DNA from: a virus
Strand: one strand, 5' to 3'
DNA: 64,000 nucleotides
Virus record (IMG/VR): IMGVR_UViG_3300037308_000134
Location: 1 to 64,000 of that record
The notes below the pieces were generated by a model that searched no databases, was not told the origin of the DNA, and saw only the letters and a program-made list of their open reading frames with translations. The position numbers and the translations under genes are program-made. Shown piece by piece: positions 35,790-43,024 of this stretch (position 1 is the stretch's first letter; the number at the start of each line of letters is the position of its first letter).

Positions 35790-36494
35790 TTAAACCTCCA
35801 TTTCTTTTACTCTATCTTTATGCCATTGTATTTGTTTTTTATGATATGCAATTGCATCTGTACGAATCTTTTTCCTAAGCTCTGGATATTTTTTATCCAA
35901 CTTCTTTATCTGTTTAATTACATCAGCTTGCTCATCCATTAACCCGTTCATTATGTCGGAAATAATCATATCTAAATCCCAACCATATACCATATAAGAC
36001 TCAGCCATTGGAGAAAGTTCAGCTTTGACAATCACTTTATCTTTTACATTAAAACACAACTCTACATACGCTGGTTCTTTTCTACCCATTAATCCTTCAG
36101 AAATATCACGTGGACTTAAACTAAAATCAATATAACAATCGTCTTTTCCCCAAATGCTATCTACACACTTTTGAAACCAATCTTTTGGAAGCTCGCCTTC
36201 AGTTTCCTCATCTCTGCCAATATACTTATACCAGTGCATTTTAAAACCAGTCGGTTTATACAAAAAGTTTTCTCTATGTTCAGCACACCATGGACAATCG
36301 TAACTTTCACACCAGCAATATGGATGCATCATAAACACATCATTTTCAAAATCCACTCCATATCCATTTTCTCCACCTAATCCATTACCACCGCTTTTAC
36401 CAGTCTTCAAGCTAAGCTGACGAATAAGCTCAACAAATAAATCACCTTTATCAGCACCTTTTGGAATTACTATTTCTGCTGTTACTTTTTTCAT
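35790..36494 (-). CDS. Hypothetical protein
   Basis: 234-aa ORF in the operon. Confidence 0.6.
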   Translation of the reverse strand: MKKVTAEIVIPKGADKGDLFVELIRQLSLKTGKSGGNGLGGENGYGVDFENDVFMMHPYCWCESYDCPWCAEHRENFLYKPTGFKMHWYKYIGRDEETEGELPKDWFQKCVDSIWGKDDCYIDFSLSPRDISEGLMGRKEPAYVELCFNVKDKVIVKAELSPMAESYMVYGWDLDMIISDIMNGLMDEQADVIKQIKKLDKKYPELRKKIRTDAIAYHKKQIQWHKDRVKEMEV

Positions 36495-36808
36495 ATTGCT
36501 CCCTTCTTTATTTCTATCTTAACTTGTTGACCACGAAGTGATCTGTAATATTCTTCTTTTTGTTTTGTCCACGGCCTTACAGTTTGCCATCTGTGACCAC
36601 CATTTATCGTATCAGACCATAGTTCTATGATCAGCAATTTAGTTTTTGGCAAATCATAATATCCACCAGCATATTCTGTATCTAGTCTAATAAACTCTTC
36701 AGACAAATCATCATAATGTGTTGCCAAAACTTCTGTCACATATGTCTGTAAATATGTCACATGTTCTGGCATTTTCTTATAAACATGACTAAATTTAATT
36801 GTTTGCAT
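36491..36808 (-). CDS. Hypothetical protein
   Basis: Start trimmed to MQTIKFSH at a TAAtATG junction with the rtcB stop. Confidence 0.6.
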   Translation of the reverse strand: MQTIKFSHVYKKMPEHVTYLQTYVTEVLATHYDDLSEEFIRLDTEYAGGYYDLPKTKLLIIELWSDTINGGHRWQTVRPWTKQKEEYYRSLRGQQVKIEIKKGAI

Positions 36809-36809
36809 A

Positions 36810-38012
36810 TTACGCTTTAATAACTGCAAGTGGAGTTAATTCCACTTTAATATCAATCAGATCAGCTTGATTACGCATCACAATGTCTATATCTTTATAT
36901 GCGCCAGGTGCTTCATCTAAATCTTTTTCATTTCTAATTGCATGCACAATTCCAAGATCATCCAATCTTTTCTTCTCATCTTCTAAACTCAAAGTTTTTC
37001 TGGCTACATTTCTACCCATCTTTCTTCCAGCACCATGTGAACATGATTGGAAACTATCTGGATTTCCTTTGCCTTGAACAATATAACTGTGTGTTCCTTG
37101 TGAGCCTGGAATGATTCCAACAGTATCTACACGTGCGAGCGTAGCGCCTTTACGATGTACCCATACATCTTTTCCAAAATGATTCTCTATTGCTGCATAA
37201 TTATGTGCGATATTAATAAATCTATCATCTTCTAAACGCATAAAACTACAACCAGCAATCATAGAAAAATCCAGCATGATACGTTTCATCATTAATCTAC
37301 GATTAGCTAAAGCAAAATCCACACAATATTTCATTTCTTTGAGATACATGTGTCCCTCTTTACTGTCTATTGGCAAAAAAGCTAATTCCCATTCTGGAGG
37401 AATCTTAGAGTGCCATTTAGCGTTTAGTTCTACAGCTTGTTTGTTATAGTAATCAGCTACCTGTTTTCCTAAGTTACGTGAACCAGAATGAATCATCAAC
37501 CAAATATAACCATCTGATCCTTTTTGAATCTCTATAAAGTGATTTCCACCACCAAGCGTTCCAACCTGATGAAGTGCAGCTTCCCATTGACGTTCTATAA
37601 TTCCTTTGTGTATTTCTTCACCATATTCTTCTCTGTCTGGAAGAAGCTTAATGTTCTGTGACTCTTTATGATGTTCAAATCCAACTGGAACTGAAATACG
37701 AATTGCGCCCATTATTTTTTTAATCTGTTCAACTGTAATTTCTTTAACTGGAGTTTTATACGCACACATACCACAACCGATGTCTACACCAACAGCATTT
37801 GGAATGACTACATCTTTTGTAGCAATCACTCCACCGATTGGCATACCATAACCAACATGTCCATCTGGAGATAATGATATGTGATGAAAAGTAAATGGTA
37901 ATTTTGCTAAATTTTCACACTGCTCAACCATTGACATATCAGAATAATATTGTTCTTCTGGTATCCAACTTTTAATTGGAACATTAAAATTATCTTTTTT
38001 ATAAGTAAACAT
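36810..38012 (-). CDS. rtcB: RNA-splicing ligase RtcB (3-prime-phosphate/5-prime-OH RNA ligase)
   Basis: PDGHVGYGMPIGG, GGGNHFIE, HSGSRNLG, HRKGAT and CSHGAGR motifs. Confidence 0.9.
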   Translation of the reverse strand: MFTYKKDNFNVPIKSWIPEEQYYSDMSMVEQCENLAKLPFTFHHISLSPDGHVGYGMPIGGVIATKDVVIPNAVGVDIGCGMCAYKTPVKEITVEQIKKIMGAIRISVPVGFEHHKESQNIKLLPDREEYGEEIHKGIIERQWEAALHQVGTLGGGNHFIEIQKGSDGYIWLMIHSGSRNLGKQVADYYNKQAVELNAKWHSKIPPEWELAFLPIDSKEGHMYLKEMKYCVDFALANRRLMMKRIMLDFSMIAGCSFMRLEDDRFINIAHNYAAIENHFGKDVWVHRKGATLARVDTVGIIPGSQGTHSYIVQGKGNPDSFQSCSHGAGRKMGRNVARKTLSLEDEKKRLDDLGIVHAIRNEKDLDEAPGAYKDIDIVMRNQADLIDIKVELTPLAVIKA

Positions 38013-38013
38013 A

Positions 38014-38517
38014 TTATTTATTCAATTCTTCATGTAATTCCATATGACAATTAAAACATAATAAATCACACTTCTTTAATTCTTTAATAATTCTATCTAT
38101 CTGCCAATCCATCATTTGCCCTATTTCATATTCTTTTTCATCAGGATTTTTATGATGAAAGGTTAAAGCAGAAAGACATTTATCATAATTACATTTTTTA
38201 CATTTTCCACCTAAATAATTTACTGCCCACTGCTTTCTTCTTAATAATTCTTTTTTTCTCCTAATATTTCTTAATTTTTTATAATTATCGCTTGTTCTAA
38301 TTTTGTGTAAATATATTTTTTGACATTTATCACATCTTGCCCTATATTCAGGTTTACCAGTTTGTGTAAAAGAACTTTGCCATTCACACAATTTTAATTG
38401 TTTACAATCTTTACAAACTTTTTTAATTTTATGTGCGAAAGAATTTGGATCAATTTCTTTTTTCCATTTCCTTTTAAGTTCATTTCTTTTTTTTAATGTT
38501 TTTGGACTATTTTTCAT
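38014..38517 (-). CDS. Free-standing HNH homing endonuclease
   Basis: LTFHHKNPDEKE...CDLLCFNCHMELHEE HNH core plus CxxC zinc pairs. Wedged 1 nt from the rtcB start. Confidence 0.8.
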   Translation of the reverse strand: MKNSPKTLKKRNELKRKWKKEIDPNSFAHKIKKVCKDCKQLKLCEWQSSFTQTGKPEYRARCDKCQKIYLHKIRTSDNYKKLRNIRRKKELLRRKQWAVNYLGGKCKKCNYDKCLSALTFHHKNPDEKEYEIGQMMDWQIDRIIKELKKCDLLCFNCHMELHEELNK

Positions 38518-38535
38518 ATTATGATTATATCACAA

Positions 38536-38697
38536 TTATGATTGTGTATCAATCATAACATGGCTATCTGGCATAATTGCTACGTGCTTATATACAAACG
38601 GAAGATTAGCTAAGTGTTTTGTCTGCTCCATAGCTCCATCTTCTATATCATCTAGCCACATTTTTATTGGTAATTGTTCTGTGTCTACTACTTTCAT
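38536..38697 (-). pseudogene. Orphan 5-prime fragment of a second rtcB allele (53 codons)
   Basis: Hand-translated MKVVDTEQLPIKMWLDDIEDGAMEQTKHLANLPFVYKHVAIMPDSH then VMIDTQS-stop. Matches the RtcB N-terminus up to the MPDxH metal site. Confidence 0.7.
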
Positions 38698-38858
38698 ATA
38701 TTACTTTCCAAATAAAAATAAAAAGCTGAATCTAAATGCATATTTCAACGAATCTAATTGATTCATAGTGTTTAAAAACATTTTATAATGTAAATAGAAT
38801 ATCTTATGCACTCTAACTAATCTTCCCAAAAATCCTCTCTTTTTTAAAATAATCTCTG

Positions 38859-39140
38859 TCATAGTTTTCCTTTTTTTAAAGATTTGATCGCATCTTGAAA
38901 TGCTTTTAACGTTAAAGCATCACTAGATGCGCCAATGTGTTTATACATATTTTCTTCTTCAGTCTTAGCATATTCTGACATCCATAGTAAAAAATCAGAT
39001 AAATTTTTTGTGCGTCTATATACTTCACGTGCTACTTTTTCAAACTGACTTTCTTTATGCTGCATAATCTCAACTTCTGGTAATTCTATTGTGATAACTT
39101 GAGATAATGCATCTACTCTCTTAATTTTAGTTATTTTCAT
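38859..39140 (-). CDS. Hypothetical protein
   Basis: 93-aa ORF with no obvious SD. Confidence 0.55.
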   Translation of the reverse strand: MKITKIKRVDALSQVITIELPEVEIMQHKESQFEKVAREVYRRTKNLSDFLLWMSEYAKTEEENMYKHIGASSDALTLKAFQDAIKSLKKGKL

Positions 39141-39257
39141 AAATATGTATAAATATGTCTTGATATGTACACGTATATCTTACGTCAGAAGTATATGAAG
39201 CGTCAAGAGAGTCAATCTATATCAAACTATAGCAAATGTGTCGTTTTGTGAAGACCA

Positions 39258-39581
39258 CAAAAAAAGCACACCAATATGTAGGGGAGAAAGACCGTTCAAC
39301 TACCGCCATTCCAAGCAGAGGCTTCAACAGGTTTCCCCATATTCGCTTGCAAGGTCAAACAAATAATTGCCCTTACTTTCTAATTGCTAGAGCCTCCGCA
39401 CTAATTACTTAAGTCATGCTTTAAAGCAAAGCTGGAGCTTTAATTGTAATAGTTATGGCTCTGAAACACTGCCTTTTTACCTCATCACTTGACGTTGGCA
39501 ATCTAATTCATCATTAGACAGACAGCTACCTTACTCGTGCGTAGCGAGTTAGTTCAGTCACCCCTACATATCAATGTGCTT
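39258..39581 (-). ncRNA. Unclassified ~320-nt highly structured RNA with a 21-bp terminal helix and U-tail
   Basis: Own promoter 7 nt upstream. 5-prime 21 nt (39581-39561) pair with 3-prime 21 nt (39284-39264), including 3 G-U pairs valid only on minus. Followed by a U-run. Several internal helices. No ORF. Confidence 0.7.
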
Positions 39582-39588
39582 AATAACA

Positions 39589-39617
39589 AGTATATATACT
39601 CTACTATGTCATGTCAA
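39589..39617 (-). promoter_or_regulatory. Near-consensus sigma70 promoter TTGACA-17-TATACT driving the structured RNA
   Basis: TTGACA at 39617-39612 and TATACT at 39594-39589. Confidence 0.65.
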
Positions 39618-39750
39618 GTGTTGGTTTTGCGGGGGTAGGGATTTGCCGAGAACACTTCTACCAGTCGAATGAAAGTAGTCTCAGGCCAAGACCAATGCGC
39701 TCGTATAGTCACCCTACATGATTGTAATCGTAAACGGATATATTACAATC

Positions 39751-40698
39751 TTACATTTGGCTAGTGTCTACCTTTTCCACCACCCCGCTATCTCCAACGC
39801 TCTCCAGCAGTTTGTTTTTATACCATTCTGGTAAACCGCGAACTGCTGCTCTAAGTATTTGATCTTTATATGACTTATAAAGAAACTCTTTTATGTTTTG
39901 TTCTTCTTCTTCTGTAATATCTGTTTGAACTTCTTTCATGAGTGGACCGATGTCTTTTGGTGATTGTGTAATCTGATCTTTCTCTTTCAAGTGTAAAAAT
40001 GCTTTTTGCCAACGTGCATCAGACTTGAAACTTTCTACATACTGATCTACTCCACCTTTTGTTGTTTTTACCTTCCATTCTGTTGCATGACGCTCTTTAA
40101 ACGCTTCACGTACATATTTTGTAAACATCGGAAACACGCTTCCACGAAATATCATCTTCTCCACATAGTTTTTAATGACTACACCTTCAACTGTTTCACC
40201 ACCTAAATAACTTTTTGTTTCCAAAAGCTCTTTAATTTTGTCTACATCAGCTTCACCGTAATACAGCTCTGGAATTACATCTATATCAAAAGCTTCTGCT
40301 GCTGATTGTAGCTCTTCACGTGTCATCCATTGACCATTTGCCATTGCGTCAAAAAGAACTAAACCATTTTTAGGGCGATTTTCATACTTTAATGTATTAT
40401 GCTTAGGTTTAGATAAGTATTCACAGTAAAAATACGTATCTGGTTTAAACGTCTGTAGAATGTGAAGCATGCTTCTTACATAATCAGCTGCCTGAATAAA
40501 CATTTTATCTACTTCACGCTCACCATCACGAAAGACTACACTCTTGGAACGCATAGAAAGCTCTCCAGTATCTGTTTTACCAAAACCAAACAGTGATCCA
40601 TCAACTTTTTCTTGGATGGAAACTTTGCCAAGTAGAGCGTTCTCTGTCATAGACGAGCCAAGAGTTAATATTTTAGGATATGATGTAATATGATTCAT
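39751..40698 (-). CDS. ATP-dependent RNA ligase (nucleotidyltransferase superfamily)
   Basis: Motif I EKVDGS (KxDG), motif IV EGVVIK and downstream FTKYVRE. 315 aa. Confidence 0.75.
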   Translation of the reverse strand: MNHITSYPKILTLGSSMTENALLGKVSIQEKVDGSLFGFGKTDTGELSMRSKSVVFRDGEREVDKMFIQAADYVRSMLHILQTFKPDTYFYCEYLSKPKHNTLKYENRPKNGLVLFDAMANGQWMTREELQSAAEAFDIDVIPELYYGEADVDKIKELLETKSYLGGETVEGVVIKNYVEKMIFRGSVFPMFTKYVREAFKERHATEWKVKTTKGGVDQYVESFKSDARWQKAFLHLKEKDQITQSPKDIGPLMKEVQTDITEEEEQNIKEFLYKSYKDQILRAAVRGLPEWYKNKLLESVGDSGVVEKVDTSQM

Positions 40699-40699
40699 A

Positions 40700-40771
40700 T
40701 TAATAAAATAATGCTGAACTTATAAATCCAGCTATTAATCCTATAAATGCTGCAAAAATTATTTTCTTCAT
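40700..40771 (-). CDS. Hydrophobic micro-ORF (23 aa)
   Basis: MKKIIFAAFIGLIAGFISSALFY. Its stop forms a TAAtATG junction with the ligase start. Confidence 0.4.
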   Translation of the reverse strand: MKKIIFAAFIGLIAGFISSALFY

Positions 40772-40929
40772 ATTAAAACCTCAAGTGTGGTTGGATAGAA
40801 GTCTATTATCGGGCTTCTTAAACACAGGAGTTTCCGATATTAGTATCTGTGATCCTAAGCTTTCGTCTTAGACTCCTCATTTCTTACAGCCAACCTCACC
40901 GACTGGAATGACCAGCCACACTTCAAGCT
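40772..40929 (-). other. Structured RNA element (leader or sRNA) with alternative pairings
   Basis: Two 5-prime segments (AAGUGUGGCUGG and GUGAGGUUGG) can each pair with one 3-prime segment, CCAACCACACUU. Internal hairpins CTAAG/CTTAG, AGGAGT/ACTCCT and GGCUGG/CCAGUC. Confidence 0.4.
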
Positions 40930-41040
40930 TTAATGATTCATCTTTTTATCAAACTTAATGTACTGCGCTATATATAACAATAATAAAGGCCAGCCAATTA
41001 ATAAAAACGCCAATACTATAATTTTATCACGTGTTTTCAT
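40930..41040 (-). CDS. Hydrophobic micro-ORF (36 aa)
   Basis: MKTRDKIIVLAFLLIGWPLLLLYIAQYIKFDKKMNH. ATGA overlap with the upstream stop. Confidence 0.4.
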   Translation of the reverse strand: MKTRDKIIVLAFLLIGWPLLLLYIAQYIKFDKKMNH

Positions 41041-41270
41041 AATTTTATTTTTTTATTACCACATTTTCCACACTCTCCATCTATTGTCTTTGTCATGCAC
41101 ATACAGAAAGAACACAAACTAAGACTGCTTTCTTCTTGCGCATCATTTAAAACATCAAATATTTCCAGTAAATGCGTTTTACAAGCACGTATCTCTATAT
41201 TAGCGTTTTTCCAACGATAATATGATGTTTGATTTAAATTTTGAAAATCTTCACAATCTTGACAGCTCAT
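41037..41270 (-). CDS. Cys-rich zinc-binding small protein (paralog of 42047..42217)
   Basis: Start trimmed to MSCQDCEDF after SD AAAGGA. YYRWKNANIEIRAC motif and C-terminal CxxC pairs. Confidence 0.6.
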   Translation of the reverse strand: MSCQDCEDFQNLNQTSYYRWKNANIEIRACKTHLLEIFDVLNDAQEESSLSLCSFCMCMTKTIDGECGKCGNKKIKL

Positions 41271-41488
41271 ATATTTCCTTTCACATATGTATCTATCCAC
41301 CACTTACCACAACGTGTGCATTTGTTTAATAAATAATCAGTATATTTATCTCCATAATTTTCTGAAACAGTAAAATCTACTTCTTCTCCAGTTCCAATAA
41401 CAGCTTGGATAGGAATCATACCTTTTTTAGCACGTTTCGCTTTCTGTTTAATAATTTTATGTCCAAACAACCAACATTTCCAATTCAT
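41267..41488 (-). CDS. Small zinc-ribbon-like protein
   Basis: 73-aa ORF with a CTRCGKWW tail. Confidence 0.55.
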   Translation of the reverse strand: MNWKCWLFGHKIIKQKAKRAKKGMIPIQAVIGTGEEVDFTVSENYGDKYTDYLLNKCTRCGKWWIDTYVKGNI

Positions 41489-41489
41489 A

Positions 41490-41882
41490 TTATTTCTCCA
41501 GTTTTTTCTTCCACTTTTTATCTGTCTGTGTAAAATAATGCATCAAAATCAACGCTTTACCATCATCACTGATTTCTTTCATAAAATTAAACCAGTCTTT
41601 CTGTAATTGACGCTGTTCCGCTTCAGTTAATTTCGTATAGTTTGGTAGACCTTTCTGGAACTGATTCTCTGAATATGGACTACCAGCCCAATTCAATTGC
41701 AATCCAACTCCATATTTAATAGCAAACTCATCATATGGAAACGAACATAACCAATCCCACACTTGTTTCTTCGCTTCTATTGGTGCTTTCGGAAATCCAT
41801 GCTCATCCCAAAACGTACATTTTAATGTATCTTTAAATTCTTCTGGAAAATGAATACCACACTTACTGCATTGAAATTTCAT
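41490..41882 (-). CDS. Hypothetical protein with N-terminal CxxC
   Basis: Start trimmed to MKFQCSKCG after SD AAAAGGAG. Confidence 0.6.
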   Translation of the reverse strand: MKFQCSKCGIHFPEEFKDTLKCTFWDEHGFPKAPIEAKKQVWDWLCSFPYDEFAIKYGVGLQLNWAGSPYSENQFQKGLPNYTKLTEAEQRQLQKDWFNFMKEISDDGKALILMHYFTQTDKKWKKKLEK

Positions 41883-41886
41883 ACAG

Positions 41887-42075
41887 TTACTCCTTTTCAT
41901 AATCCAATAAATCTAATAATGCATATAAATGTCCAATTAATATCTGACCCTGACAGTTGGCACAATCTGGATGATATCCTTTGCACTTATCTCTGCCAAA
42001 GCCTTTTTCCATCAGCTTAATCATACGCTTAGTAAGTTCAATTTCCTCAAGCTGCTTTTTGGTTGGCTTTTTCAC
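41887..42075 (-). CDS. Small Cys-rich protein
   Basis: GTG start preceded by SD AGGAGG. CKGYHPDCANCQG. Confidence 0.5.
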   Translation of the reverse strand: MKKPTKKQLEEIELTKRMIKLMEKGFGRDKCKGYHPDCANCQGQILIGHLYALLDLLDYEKE

Positions 42076-42217
42076 GTTCCTCCTGAACTTTGTTTAATGC
42101 ATCAAATATCTCCCTTAGATGAATCTCACACGCACGAACTTCTACATTGGCGTTCTTCCAACGATAATACGCATGCTTATCAGAATCTTGTCATTCATCA
42201 CAATCTTGACAACTCAT
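42047..42217 (-). pseudogene. Paralog of 41037..41270 with an in-frame TGA at codon 9
   Basis: MSCQDCDE-TGA-QDSDKHAYYRWKNANVEVRACEIHLREIFDALNKVQEE.... SD AAAGGAGAA and TAAtATG junction are intact. Confidence 0.5.
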
Positions 42218-42218
42218 A

Positions 42219-42476
42219 TTATTCTCCTTTCAAACAATAAATACTGACTCCCTGACCTTGTTTGTCAGCCAGATAACACACATTACTATCTTTCGTAAAT
42301 CTATACACCCGAACACTACCAGTCTGATATATCATATCTTTTGCTGTTACCACATCTTTGTTAAAATTTGTCATCAGACGATCCCATGTTCCTTTATTAA
42401 AAATATACAATATACTTCCAACTAACATTACAACCATTAACAAAATCATGACAATGCTATACCAATAATCTTTCAT
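42219..42476 (-). CDS. Small membrane protein
   Basis: Start trimmed to MKDYWYSIVMILLMVVMLVGSILYIF after SD AAAGGAGGA. Confidence 0.6.
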   Translation of the reverse strand: MKDYWYSIVMILLMVVMLVGSILYIFNKGTWDRLMTNFNKDVVTAKDMIYQTGSVRVYRFTKDSNVCYLADKQGQGVSIYCLKGE

Positions 42477-42538
42477 ATATATCCTCCTTTGCATTTAATA
42501 ATTGCTGTTTATCTTTTTTTGTCATTCTACGCATAGAA

Positions 42539-42784
42539 TTACCTAACCATCGAAGGTTGCTTCTGACGTTTTTTACTTGCTGTTTTGATCTTTTTCTTTT
42601 GTAATGCATAGCGTTTCCTTAAAATCTGTAAATCGTTTTTGTGTTTCTTAGCGTGTGCCAATTGTGCTTCCAACGAACATATCTCACACCACTCTTCATA
42701 CATACCATGTACAAAATCCAATACTCCACCTTCTCCAACCCAATGTACTGTCGCTTCACGTTTATGACAATGTTGACACTTCAT
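42539..42784 (-). CDS. Zinc-binding small basic protein
   Basis: CQHC...CEIC pairs and a Lys-rich tail. Confidence 0.6.
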   Translation of the reverse strand: MKCQHCHKREATVHWVGEGGVLDFVHGMYEEWCEICSLEAQLAHAKKHKNDLQILRKRYALQKKKIKTASKKRQKQPSMVR

Positions 42785-42882
42785 ATTTTAAACAGTTTTT
42801 TAATCATCCAATATGCAAGCCAAAATCCAACTCCAAAACAAAGCCCAAACCAAATAACTGATGATATAAATAAAATAGCCAT
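42781..42882 (-). CDS. Hydrophobic micro-ORF (33 aa)
   Basis: MAILFISSVIWFGLCFGVGFWLAYWMIKKLFKI. ATGA overlap with the next start. Confidence 0.35.
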   Translation of the reverse strand: MAILFISSVIWFGLCFGVGFWLAYWMIKKLFKI

Positions 42883-42905
42883 ATTATTTGTTCATATTTT
42901 ATAAG

Positions 42906-43024
42906 TGACGCATGAAGGATTTGAACCCTCTCTCCATCTGTCTTCGCTTACGACTCAGCTTAGATACCCCAGCTACGAGAGCTGAGTTTTAGACGGGTGC
43001 TTCCAATGTCTACACTAATGCGTC
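42906..43024 (-). ncRNA. tRNA-like RNA: canonical acceptor, D and T arms, with a 66-nt non-canonical domain in place of the anticodon arm
   Basis: 7-bp acceptor GACGCAT/ATGCGTC, UA, D arm GTGT-AGACATTGGAA-GCAC, T arm GAGGG-TTCAAAT-CCTTC, discriminator A. No 5-bp/7-nt anticodon hairpin could be drawn. Confidence 0.4.

Noticed and set aside
38014-38697. Group I intron in rtcB carrying the HNH ORF
   Set aside because: Only ~18 nt separate the fragment stop from the HNH start, and 1 nt separates the HNH stop from the rtcB ATG, leaving no room for intron core helices. The downstream rtcB ORF also has its own complete N-terminal region. A free-standing homing endonuclease with a duplicated fragment fits better.
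42191-42193. TGA recoding (genetic code 4 or 25) suggested by the in-frame TGA in a paralog
   Set aside because: TGA terminates many well-supported genes in both arms (for example at 47325, 47690, 49159, 50901 and 57951, and in the ATGA junctions), so a genome-wide reassignment is not tenable.
42906-42925. tRNA 3-prime end fragment as a phage attP core
   Set aside because: No integrase or recombinase gene was recognised anywhere in the window. A matching 5-prime acceptor strand and D arm exist 100 nt away, so a complete tRNA-like RNA is the better explanation.
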